A stretch of DNA of 63,703 bases, counting the filler, from Trichomonas gallinae (lineage: Eukaryota), in the NCBI GenBank assembly GCA_008369845.1. It is 6 parts of 6 records of this genome, joined end to end, with 100 filler letters (N's around TTAATTAATTAA, not from the genome) between each part and the next. Parts side by side here need not be neighbours in the genome. Positions count along the whole stretch, not along the records: positions 1 to 13,362 come from MRSU01001199.1; positions 13,463 to 29,578 come from MRSU01001203.1; 4 more parts are not named here. The stretch is one strand, 5' to 3'. Shown piece after piece: positions 9,272 through 19,110 of this stretch. Both the position numbers and the translations under genes were made by a program. The notes beneath the pieces are model-generated. The model was not told the origin of the DNA, ran no database searches, and saw only the letters and a list, made by a program, of their open reading frames with translations. Each line of letters begins with the position of its first letter. Position 1 is the first letter of the stretch.

Positions 9272-10645
9272 CTAAATCGGATTTTCTTGTATTTCATTAT
9301 TTGTATTTTCTTGAGCAGCTTCTTCGTCTTCAGCAACATTGACTATTTCTGATGGATCTATTTCGGCTATTTCTGTTTGCTTGGCTTCTTGTTTGCGTTC
9401 AACATCAATTGATTTTGCGACAGGAAGATTATAGTAAAGATAGAAAGCTGTGAAGAAATTAGCATAAAGGATGTAAAATACATCTGCTGCGAATGTAAAA
9501 CCAAGCTGATTTCGTGGGCAATTAAATCTTAAAATTGCGCGAATGATATCTAAGATTTCCACTAATATAATTGTGAGGCCAACTAAGACAAGAACAGCAT
9601 CTTCCTTGATTTGGACTGTAATAATGCCTAAAATCATGATAAATAAAATTAAAGCATGATATACAATAGTTAATGCGTAAATTGGGATCTTAAGATTTGA
9701 TTTTTGTATAAATACACTTCCTGTGTTGAGCGGCATCTTATCAAACTCAATTGATTGCAAAATAATAATTAATAGCAAACCAAATGAGACAGCGATGTGA
9801 ATTAAATAACTTCCGAAGATTCTTGTGGCCCAAGTGTGTGTTTGTGTGAAGAAGAATGACATTACGAAGAAAATAAAGTACATATGGAATAATTCAGGCA
9901 TAATGTCGTAAATATTAGAAAACCAATATGCGGAGTAGTATTTAAGGACGAGCCATGGTCCGTCAATGCACAAGCAAGCCAATCCTAAGAAGATTGTCGA
10001 CCAATGATCAGATCTTGTTGGATATAAGCGTTTTGGAACAACAAATGCGAGAATTAAGATGACTACAAGTGTCATACCCGATATAAGTATGAAAAATGTG
10101 TAAGAAATCGGTGTATTAAGAGATGTGCAAGTAAATTCAGCTCTGCGCAATAATTCTTGGCCATTTGTTGTGGAAACTGTTGCCACAAGTGACACAGCAT
10201 AGAATTTAGCGAAATTATAAGAAGTTGCGATAATTTCATTGCAAACAGATTTTTGGCATTTCACTTCTTCTACGACTGAAATTGATCGCTCTGATATAAC
10301 ATTCATGGCTGAATCGTGCAATCTGGCCTTTCCGCTTACGTTTAATGTGACTTTTGTAACTTTTTCTTTTACGAAAGGAATAACAGAGAGAATTGCGAAC
10401 GAATTGAGCGGTGTAAAGTTCTGGTATTTCTGTCTGTTCGTGACTTCTGCCTTAGGAACAGGCTCAGATGCTGTCCTTGAGATTCTGTAATTTGTATTTC
10501 GCGGTACGAAAGAACAAACGGCCGCGATTGTCACGAAAACGGATACGATGATGATCCATATCGACGCTTTTAGCGAAGACATGATTTCTAATTTAGTTGA
10601 TGTCGTTTTTTCATCAGGTAGAATCTGCGCCTTTTGATTTTCCAT
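9272..10645 (-). CDS. TMEM181/Wntless-like multipass membrane protein
   Basis: N-terminal TM, ~130-aa luminal domain, then ~7 TMs. DHWSTIFLGLACLCIDGPW and LYANFFTAFYLYYNLP resemble the TMEM181 EQKW..LL.YNDP and NFYLY.LAFVYSP motifs. First ATG (MENQ) at 10645. Confidence 0.6.
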   Translation of the reverse strand: MENQKAQILPDEKTTSTKLEIMSSLKASIWIIIVSVFVTIAAVCSFVPRNTNYRISRTASEPVPKAEVTNRQKYQNFTPLNSFAILSVIPFVKEKVTKVTLNVSGKARLHDSAMNVISERSISVVEEVKCQKSVCNEIIATSYNFAKFYAVSLVATVSTTNGQELLRRAEFTCTSLNTPISYTFFILISGMTLVVILILAFVVPKRLYPTRSDHWSTIFLGLACLCIDGPWLVLKYYSAYWFSNIYDIMPELFHMYFIFFVMSFFFTQTHTWATRIFGSYLIHIAVSFGLLLIIILQSIEFDKMPLNTGSVFIQKSNLKIPIYALTIVYHALILFIMILGIITVQIKEDAVLVLVGLTIILVEILDIIRAILRFNCPRNQLGFTFAADVFYILYANFFTAFYLYYNLPVAKSIDVERKQEAKQTEIAEIDPSEIVNVAEDEEAAQENTNNEIQENPI

Positions 10646-11592
10646 TTTTGTCACGTTTTTGAGGTTATTCGATTTCGTATTTTATTTGATTTTTGGATTT
10701 TAATACTTATATATCTTTTAAATTTGTTTGAAAATTTCATAAAAATTAAATATTGAAAGTAAAATTTGGATAAATAGTATTTTAAATAGTTATTTCAACT
10801 TTGTATCAAGTAATATATCTAAATATCACATTTATTTGGTTTGATTCTTTTTTGTCAAGTAAAAAATTATAAATCAAATCAAATGGTTTACATGACAAAA
10901 TCCGAAGTTATAGATTCGCATCAGCTCATAACTGTCAGGATATGGAAAACATAATCTTTATATTTATTATATTTTACATCCAAATCAATATAGAGGTGAA
11001 AAATAAAATTGCATATTAGAAATCAAAGAAAAAGTAGTGTGCATATTTGGCTGAAAGTTAAACAACATTCTATGTGATTAATGAGGAATCTATAGACGCT
11101 AAGACACAAAAATCCTACACATGATATCCGAGATTTATTCATATATTGTTTTTATATCATTATTCATGACTTGACTTCTATCTGTATCAGTATAATAATT
11201 GAAGTCTAACCTGATAGGCAAACATTGAATACCCTCTAATAACATGATTGAAACTAAATCTTATTTATTCGAAAATCTATATTTATACAGTAGCATATGC
11301 ACATCGTAGGGATGCTATGTTTCCAAAAGATAATGAATCTGTTAACTTCACTATTTCTGATTTTTAGCTTTTGTTGGACTAAAATGCTGTATTATAGAAT
11401 TTACATGTCATATTTGCCATATATCTGAAAATATGACATTTTACATGTCAGTTAAATAAAAATGATAATTTTTCGGATTTTTTAGTATTTTTCTCCTGAT
11501 TTTCATCTGTTGATTTCTAGAATGTGTTTAAATCTAAATTGTCAAACATGATGGATTTTTTATAAAAAAAATTTTCCAAATTTTATTTGTAG

Positions 11593-13014
11593 ATGAGTGA
11601 GCAGAATGAGGTCAACAGCCAACTAATTGGCGAAATTAAAGAAGAGCTTAAAAAAGTCAGAAAGCTTACTAACTTCGTTGATCTCAATAGGTTCTCGCCT
11701 TTCCTTGAGAAATTAAAAAATCAAGAACTCGATTTTCAAGTCAGCTCCCAAATTAATGCGCGATTGTATCACTTTAAGACAAATAAAGATAATATCGATA
11801 AAATTCAATTTAAACCAATTCTCAAACTTGCCGGAGAACAAATTAGCAACTTAAAGATCAACAATATCATAAACAACATTAAAGAAAAAGTAACAAACAT
11901 CATAAATTACTGCAACGAAAATCCGAAAGATGTTTCATATATTTTTACTTGCTTTTTACCAGCTGTTTATGGCGGGTATAACACAATTACAAGACAAAAC
12001 AGCTTCCTGGAGTTCTTTAAAGTGTTCAAATCCAATACATCTTCAGATGATTTAATTTATCAACTCATTTTGGGCTATTCATTGTGGGACTTCTCATTCT
12101 TAATCAATTTCAATAAGTTTTTGAATGATTTTGATCTTAAAAATGATGAAGTTAGCACCATAGGAATTCCTATCTTAACTCTTCGTATTTTCCTTAGAGC
12201 TCTTGGATTTAGCTCAATTGGCTTGCAGACAGTCATTGCAGAATATGATAATAATGATAATTCAAAAAGAATCAAAATAATTCATTATCTAACAGTTAAT
12301 TTGGTTAAAATCTTATCAAATGGTCAACCAACCAATTATACGATCTTTAGACGAAAATTAGGTGGACAACTTCTCGAAGATTTCACATATTTAGAAAAAT
12401 TGGATTTAACTTTAGACTACAAATTGGATTACAAGTTCTATATGAATACTTCCATTGGATTCGAAAACCCGGCTCTCAGCAAAATCTGTTTCTCTCAATA
12501 TGATGAATATTTGTATTATATTTTTGTAAATCCCGCAAAAGAAAGAATAACCAAAGAAAATTTGATTCCAAAAATGAAGGCAACATTTTATTTGCTCAAA
12601 TCTAAGGATGAATTCCTAAGAAATTTGTCAAATCAGGAATATTCTCAAACTTGGGAAAACATCCACCGCAAATCGACTGAAATGAAGGAGGAATTCCTCC
12701 AGTTGATTGATGGACTGCAGTATTCCACCGCAAACTTTCATTCCAAGAATATCGATTTAGAAGGAAATTATTTCATTGCAAAAGATGTTGCCAAAGATGC
12801 AAATGCGCTTAAAACAATCAAGCTGGTTCTGAGCGATCAGTTTAGGTTCCTTTCCGCGCAGAACTCAGATCTTCAAACGATTCTTGTCGTTTTGCCCCAA
12901 ATTTCGTCACTTAAAGGAATGATAAAGATATGCTCGGAGATAATCTTGAAAGTAGACAATCTACAGTCATGCTGTGATGAATTTCATGCCGAATACATGA
13001 ATCAGAAACGATAA
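11593..13014 (+). CDS. Hypothetical protein (473 aa)
   Basis: Long ATG-initiated ORF in AT-rich DNA; no family recognised. Confidence 0.75.
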   Translation: MSEQNEVNSQLIGEIKEELKKVRKLTNFVDLNRFSPFLEKLKNQELDFQVSSQINARLYHFKTNKDNIDKIQFKPILKLAGEQISNLKINNIINNIKEKVTNIINYCNENPKDVSYIFTCFLPAVYGGYNTITRQNSFLEFFKVFKSNTSSDDLIYQLILGYSLWDFSFLINFNKFLNDFDLKNDEVSTIGIPILTLRIFLRALGFSSIGLQTVIAEYDNNDNSKRIKIIHYLTVNLVKILSNGQPTNYTIFRRKLGGQLLEDFTYLEKLDLTLDYKLDYKFYMNTSIGFENPALSKICFSQYDEYLYYIFVNPAKERITKENLIPKMKATFYLLKSKDEFLRNLSNQEYSQTWENIHRKSTEMKEEFLQLIDGLQYSTANFHSKNIDLEGNYFIAKDVAKDANALKTIKLVLSDQFRFLSAQNSDLQTILVVLPQISSLKGMIKICSEIILKVDNLQSCCDEFHAEYMNQKR

Positions 13015-13362
13015 TTTTTAAAATAAGACAGAATCTGTGATTTTTAAAATAAGACACTTTGGTTAGACAAAAGCAGAAGCGTAAATCTTTATTTTTAATT
13101 GATATTGCTAATTTTTTAAGAATAAAGTTAAAAATTGAAAATTATATGTATGGTATTCGTAATGAGGCGGACTTCGTGTACAGATTTGGGAGAGATCTTA
13201 ACGTTATTTATTTAATTAATTTTATTGATACATTTTGTTGACGCCAAATGTCCTGTGAATACCTTAGGAACTCACTGTAGAAGTAAGACTGGTTTTAATG
13301 AGTATCGACTAAAAATCAAAATATCGTGACAATAACTTCAACTGAGAAAAAACATTCTACGG

Positions 13363-13462
13363 NNNNNNNNNNNNNNNNNNNNNNNNNNNNNNNNNNNNNN
13401 NNNNNNTTAATTAATTAANNNNNNNNNNNNNNNNNNNNNNNNNNNNNNNNNNNNNNNNNNNN
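13363..13462. other. Artificial 100-bp contig linker (N-run, TTAATTAATTAA, N-run)
   Basis: The same linker occurs five times; it has stops in all six frames. Confidence 0.97.
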
Positions 13463-13936
13463 GCTCACCACCTCATGAGAACAGAGAAGAAGTCCCTCAC
13501 AGACAAGCTCGACGAGATCTACGCCAAGTACGGCTACTACCTATTCAACAACTCATACTTCATGTGCCACGACCCAGAGGTCATCAAGGCTGTCTTCGTC
13601 CACATGAGAACATCCGGCCCAGACGGCAAGCACGTCCAGAAGGTTGGTGAGTTCAAGGTCACAGGCGTTCGCGATATGACACTCGGCTTCGACTCCCGCA
13701 CACCAGACCACGTCCCAGTCCTTCCAAAGCAGTCTGGCCAGATGATCACATTCTACCTCGAGAACGGCACAGCCGCAACAATCAGAACATCCGGCACAGA
13801 GCCAAAGATCAAATGGTACATCGAGCTCGGCGCTGAGAACCTCGAGAAGGCTACAAAGGAGCTTGACAACGTCGTCAAGGCTATCCAGGATGACCTCCTC
13901 CTCCGCGAGAAGTACAACCTTAAGCACTCCGACTAA
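13463..13936 (+). CDS. Phosphoglucomutase/phosphomannomutase (PGM2-like), C-terminal fragment, 5'-truncated by gap
   Basis: Domain-IV motif TIRTSGTEPKIKWY plus YGYY...SYF and VRDMTLGFDS; strong C-ending codon bias. Confidence 0.92.
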   Translation, partial: AHHLMRTEKKSLTDKLDEIYAKYGYYLFNNSYFMCHDPEVIKAVFVHMRTSGPDGKHVQKVGEFKVTGVRDMTLGFDSRTPDHVPVLPKQSGQMITFYLENGTAATIRTSGTEPKIKWYIELGAENLEKATKELDNVVKAIQDDLLLREKYNLKHSD

Positions 13937-14309
13937 AGTTTTATAAAGAGCAGTTTATTTTGCAAAATAATTCTAATTAATTTTTCAATAATGTTGATTG
14001 AATAATATTATTTTAATTTATTCATGCGATATCATATTTATTAATTTTTTTCTTCAAATATCGCATTTACCAATGTTTTGAAATGACTTTTGAGCAATTT
14101 TAGAAAAATGCTGAATAATATTCAAGGTAAAAATTGGATTTGGGATAGAATTAATTAATTTTTTTGATTAATTATGCTTTATCAACTTGATTAACTGAGT
14201 CGATTTTACATTTAAAATATTTATTTGGACAAAGTTATCCAATCATGTGCCTAAGATCATTAGAATCTACTACAAGCAAATATCTATAGAATATGCATGA
14301 GTGAAGATC

Positions 14310-14796
14310 AGAACTATTAACTTTGCTATAAAAGACGATTTTAAAGACGAAAATGGTAAAACAATATTTGATCGCTCAGTCAAAGAATGTAATTTCTTGT
14401 TTGTTTGTTTCATTATAGAATTTGGTGGAAACAGTAGCCATATAAACTGCAATGATTCTGATTTTCTCAGATTTATCCTCAAAATGCAACTTTTTTCAGT
14501 TAATGTAGCTTTGTTTCTTGCTTCAGCAAATGGTCATCATGAAGTTATCAAATTCCTTCTCACTATTATTGAATAAATGTCAATGCAAAAGACAATTACA
14601 GCATTACAGCTTTGAATTTAGCATCATATCATGATAATCACGAAGTTCTCAAACTCCTTCTCCCAAATCCTGGAATAGATGTCAACGCAAAAGACAATGA
14701 CAACAAACAACTTTGATGTGGGTTTCAGAATGAAATTATCACGAAGTTGTTAAATTGCTTCTCGCAGTTCCTGGAATAGACGTTAATGTTAAAGAT
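14310..14796 (+). pseudogene. Ankyrin-repeat pseudogene
   Basis: Reads LFLASANGHHEVIKFLL /frameshift ~14570/ INVNAKDNYSITALNLASYHDNHEVLKLLLPNPGIDVNAKDNDNK /frameshift ~14708/ TTLMWVSE*NYHEVVKLLLAVPGIDVNVKD. TGA at 14731; CACGAAGTT recurs ~101 bp apart. Confidence 0.88.
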
Positions 14797-14950
14797 TGTC
14801 AGTTTGGGTTTCAATCAAGTTTGGTGAGTAAAATGATAGAAATATATTTGCATAATGATCAAAAGAATGAATAAGGAAGAAATAAGAAAAAAAAAAAAGA
14901 ATATTTTATGGAGAACATAAAATTGCAAATATAAAAAAAAGTGTTTTGAC

Positions 14951-17900
14951 TTAGATATTTCCTGCCTTCCTAAGTAGTCTGAATGCGAACTGAACATACA
15001 AAATCGTCGACCTCATCTTGAGTGGTCCTTCGCTCTTCTTCGGGATGTCAGCGTTGACGAACGCCTTCTTCTGCGCGCGGAGGGCTTCGAGCCTGTAGAT
15101 GAGTTGCCTGTGGCCGATCGAAGCCAAAGCCATTTCTCCGATGACGAACCTGAGGTCCTTAGCCGACTGAGATGGGATGTCACCGTCCGTGCAGTTGACG
15201 TAGAGGTCTCTTGCCCATCTGTCCCACTCCTGGAGGGCCTGGACTGTTTGCTGGACTTTCTGGTAGTCGGCTGACTTCTGTGGCAGAGCTGCCTGTCTTG
15301 CGGCTCTCTGCTTCTTGAGTGCGTCCAATTCTTCCTCTGCCTTTTCGACCCTCTTGCTCAACTCGCCTGCTGCTTCAACGATCTTCTCCTGTGAGATGCT
15401 GTCGTCGAGTTTGAGTGCTGACTTAACTTGTGACGTGAACTCCGAAAGCTCTGCCTCGAGTTCCAAAGATTCCTGGTGTATTGACCTCTCCATTGTCTGC
15501 TGCTGCATAGAGAGCTGCGACTCCCAGTATGAGTCTCTGACCTGCCTGGCGGACTCTGCTGCAGAAATCGTCTGCTGGAGCTTCGACTCCAAAATCGCCT
15601 TCTCCTGAAGAGCTGTCTTCAAGTCTGTCTTAAGCTGCTCGACTTCCGCTGTTGACGTGTTGTTTGCCTTTTGCTGGGCTGACTTGTTCTCCGATCTCGT
15701 TTGCAACCTCATGATCAGCTCCTGGTTCTGCTGCCTAAGAACAGCTGTCGCCTCCTTCTGCTGCTTGAACGCTGAGTCGTATGTAGAGATAACTTCTCTG
15801 AGCTTTGACTTTGTTTCTTGGAGCTTGATGTGCTTGGCGTTGATCTCTTCTCTCAGCTTCTCCTCCCTCTGCTGGAGCTTCTGCTCGAAGTTCTGCATGT
15901 CCTGGACGTGCTGCTCTCTCTGGTTCTGAAGCATCTGCTCGAGTCTCTGTTCGAACTGAGAGGACTTGTTCTTGAGCTGCTCTCTGATCTTCTCGTTCTC
16001 CTCTCTCGACTCGTCCAACTCGTTCTCGATCTGGGAATAGTTCGCCATGATCTTGGAGAGCTTCTCCTGGACTTCGGCCTTCTCTGCTTCGACGTCTTTG
16101 ATTGCGTTCTGGGCCTGGATGGTCTTCTGCTGCTCGACATCGACCTTCTTCAATAACTGGTCGTTGACTTCACGCAAGTGTTCGATGTCTTTCTCGAGCT
16201 TGGCAACGCTTTCGACGAGCTTCTCCTGCTCAGCTTCTGCCTCAGCCTTGATCCTGTCGAGCTGCGATCTCATGTCCGCGACGCTCTGCTCCTTCGTCGC
16301 TGTTATCATCTTGAGCAAATCGTTGACGACTTCGACAGCGTAAAACGGTAGATCCTGGAGTTCGCCATCGAACTTGACTGCCTGACGGAGCTCGTTGTCG
16401 ACGTGTTTCAAGATCAAAGAGGATGACTGGGCGTACTTGGTGATGAACTGGCTGGTTGATTCGAAGTCTTCTTCGTTGAAATCGCCGTCTAAGATTAATT
16501 TGATCTTCTTTGAAAAGTTCTGGACGGCCATGATGACGTCGATAACCTTCTTGATGATCTCCTCTGGCTCTCCGATGACGTTCAATGCTTCGCCGACGAC
16601 ATTCAATTGAGAAACTATTCCTTCGCGCATGTTCTTGAGCTTGTCACAGTATCTACGCATAATGTCGGAGTTCTCCGCCTCTAACGCGATGACAGCAAAT
16701 GCTTCTCTCTGTCTGAGATTTTCTGGAGTATCGAGTTGATCGGTTTGGGCCTTGATTTCCTTTTCAGAGAGCTTCTGGGACTGCTCTTCACCTTCATCGA
16801 GTCTATTTGATGTGATGAACTGCTTTGTTCTGGCAATTTCGATGAGCATCTTGTCTCTGACTGTCTTTTCGTCGATGAGTGGGTCGCTTTGGCTCTCTGG
16901 GCTGAGGAGTGCTGTAGAAATGACGCCCTTGGCTGCTGCTGACTGCAAGAATCTTAATTGATTCTCTAATGCGCTGATAAGGCGAGCGTTTTGAGCTCTG
17001 AGTTCGTCATTAGTCTCAGAATCAACCAGGTTGTTGAGAACATCTGGTAATTTGACTGATGTAACGTCTCCGAATTTCTTGGAAATTAATTCCTTAGTTT
17101 GTGGATCCATTTCTTCGAGCATTGATGAGCAGTCGATATCGCGGCTCTTGACTGGAGCGTTAACGACTCTTGACTGAAGATTGTCAACCATTGTATTTAA
17201 TTCGTGATTATGATTGTTTGCCTCGTTCAATTCGCCCTGGAGCTGGTTGATGTGTGTATCGTAGGCCTGAACAAGCGCGTTTTGCTTCTGAACTAAATTC
17301 AACATCTTCGTTTGTTCGTTTCTGAGCTCAACAATGTCAGTAGCTTGAGAGTCTGTAAGTTCCTGGAGCTTTCCGATCGTATTTCTGTAGCCTTCGCATT
17401 GGTCTTCGAGATGTTTGATATTTTCTGGGTTGCAAGCGATGATTTGTTCTTGTGCCTCCTTCAAGCTGTTGATTAACTGGTTCTGCTCTGAGATCAAGCG
17501 GGATTTCTCGGCTTCGAGCTCTTGGATCTTGAGATTTTGCTTAACTTTTTCAGATTGAAGGTTCTTGATCTTGATTCTCTTGGAATCATCGTTAGACTTG
17601 AGCTTATTGAGCTCTATGTTGGCTTCAGAGAGTTCTTTGTTGGATTGCTCGACTTGAAGGTTTAAACGGTTTATTGAAATCTCAGACATTTTCAGTTTAT
17701 CCCTGAGGTCCTGGATTGTATCTTGGAGCTGGGTGATCTCTGCTTTGAGCTGGGTTTGAGCTGTGTTGTTATCTTTTCTTAATTTATTGTTTTTCTCGTC
17801 TGATTGTGTTAATTTTTCGAAATATTCGTTGTTTTCCGCCTTAAGGGTGTCTATTTGATTTTGAAGAAGGCGTGAATTGTTCGACTGCTTCGTTAATTCG

Positions 17901-18274
17901 TCCTCAAGTTTCCGAATTTGTTCGTTAGCTGTAACTAGCTGCTGTCTCATCTCCTTAAGCTGATTGTTTTGCTCTCTGTTGTCCGGTTGCGCGGTAGCTG
18001 GTTGCATATTTGCGTGATAAGCTAAGTTACAAATTGCTTGCTCGAGAGTCTTGCGATCTTTGGCCGTGAATTTAACGTCACCATCTCCGGATAAAATGAT
18101 GTGCATGTTTTCAGCAATTGTTTTGAGTTGTTGGTTATCTTTCGCGATTTCAACCAATTCTGGCGGAATTTCATCGAAAGAGTTGCAAATTGACGCAATG
18201 GTGTTGATGCACGCGGAGTCAACTACACTGATTGCTGCCTTCGGAGGATTTAAATCAGTTTCTTGCTCACTCAT
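14951..18274 (-). CDS. Long coiled-coil protein (1107 aa)
   Basis: E/K/Q/L-rich heptad pattern over most of the length; no catalytic motif. Confidence 0.85.
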   Translation of the reverse strand: MSEQETDLNPPKAAISVVDSACINTIASICNSFDEIPPELVEIAKDNQQLKTIAENMHIILSGDGDVKFTAKDRKTLEQAICNLAYHANMQPATAQPDNREQNNQLKEMRQQLVTANEQIRKLEDELTKQSNNSRLLQNQIDTLKAENNEYFEKLTQSDEKNNKLRKDNNTAQTQLKAEITQLQDTIQDLRDKLKMSEISINRLNLQVEQSNKELSEANIELNKLKSNDDSKRIKIKNLQSEKVKQNLKIQELEAEKSRLISEQNQLINSLKEAQEQIIACNPENIKHLEDQCEGYRNTIGKLQELTDSQATDIVELRNEQTKMLNLVQKQNALVQAYDTHINQLQGELNEANNHNHELNTMVDNLQSRVVNAPVKSRDIDCSSMLEEMDPQTKELISKKFGDVTSVKLPDVLNNLVDSETNDELRAQNARLISALENQLRFLQSAAAKGVISTALLSPESQSDPLIDEKTVRDKMLIEIARTKQFITSNRLDEGEEQSQKLSEKEIKAQTDQLDTPENLRQREAFAVIALEAENSDIMRRYCDKLKNMREGIVSQLNVVGEALNVIGEPEEIIKKVIDVIMAVQNFSKKIKLILDGDFNEEDFESTSQFITKYAQSSSLILKHVDNELRQAVKFDGELQDLPFYAVEVVNDLLKMITATKEQSVADMRSQLDRIKAEAEAEQEKLVESVAKLEKDIEHLREVNDQLLKKVDVEQQKTIQAQNAIKDVEAEKAEVQEKLSKIMANYSQIENELDESREENEKIREQLKNKSSQFEQRLEQMLQNQREQHVQDMQNFEQKLQQREEKLREEINAKHIKLQETKSKLREVISTYDSAFKQQKEATAVLRQQNQELIMRLQTRSENKSAQQKANNTSTAEVEQLKTDLKTALQEKAILESKLQQTISAAESARQVRDSYWESQLSMQQQTMERSIHQESLELEAELSEFTSQVKSALKLDDSISQEKIVEAAGELSKRVEKAEEELDALKKQRAARQAALPQKSADYQKVQQTVQALQEWDRWARDLYVNCTDGDIPSQSAKDLRFVIGEMALASIGHRQLIYRLEALRAQKKAFVNADIPKKSEGPLKMRSTILYVQFAFRLLRKAGNI

Positions 18275-18464
18275 TTTTTATTATAATTTTTTTAGATTTA
18301 TTTTTGTAAAGTTATGTAAACTTCAAAACCGCCACGTTTTCTGTTATTATTGTAAACAGGTTTTTCTTCCTTTATTTGGCCTTTATTAAAGCTAATAAGC
18401 ATAAATAATTAGAAAATAGCCGCTAATTTTTAGTTATTTTTATGATCAAAATTTTTATCATTGA

Positions 18465-19110
18465 TTTCCAAGACTAGCAATGAAAATACATATTTCTTAT
18501 AGTTAGTTTATGAACTTTCTCTCAGAGGCATGTTTATATATCGCAAATTGGAAGATTTTGTTATATTTTCGTTATAGAGTGCTGTCATTAGCAATATAAG
18601 ATATGTATTGTCATTATATTAATTTTATCTATGTAACAAGTTTATATATAGAATAATTGATGAATTTGTTTTATTTTAGCTATAGAGTGCTGATATTTAC
18701 TATATAAGATATTTATTGTCATTATATTGATTTTCTTTAAGTAACAAGTTTATATATCTAATAAAATAAGAAATTTGTTATATTATAGCTGTAGAGTGTT
18801 GATACTTACTATATAACATATGCATTTCCAGTTTATTAATTTCATCACAGAGGCAAGCTTATATATTACATAATTGAACAAATTTTTAAATTATTATTTC
18901 AAAGCGCTGACACTTAATATATAAGATGTATGTTGATAATCTATTAATTTTCACTTAGAAAAATGTTGATATTTCCCATATTTGAAGATTTTGTTATAGA
19001 TTAGTAATAGAGTACTGATATTTGCTAAATAAAATACACATTATCGGTTTATTAATTTCTGCTAGGAAATATGTTTATACATATTATATTTAATGAAATT
19101 CGATTAAACT
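18465..19110. repeat. Degenerate tandem array of ~108-bp units (~6 copies)
   Basis: Unit starts (TATAGAGTGCTGA-like) at 18573, 18681, 18790, 18898 and 19006; spacings 108, 109, 108, 108. A partial unit lies upstream. Confidence 0.9.

Noticed and set aside
13014..13241. 17-bp direct repeat ATTTTTAAAATAAGACA at the stop of ORF 11593 and a downstream 60-aa ORF as its continuation
   Set aside because: Removing the duplication does not remove the stop; the downstream ORF has no recognisable motif.
13407..13418. TTAATTAATTAA repeated five times as a possible biological motif
   Set aside because: Always centred in identical 100-bp N-runs, so it is an assembly linker. Gene adjacency across these gaps was not interpreted.
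15315..16961. Stacked antisense ORFs over the coiled-coil gene (also over PGM, PFK and Piezo)
   Set aside because: Shadow ORFs expected from C/G-ending codon bias; no protein motifs.
18465..19110. CRISPR array
   Set aside because: No identical repeats with unique spacers; whole units are homologous; no cas genes; eukaryotic context.
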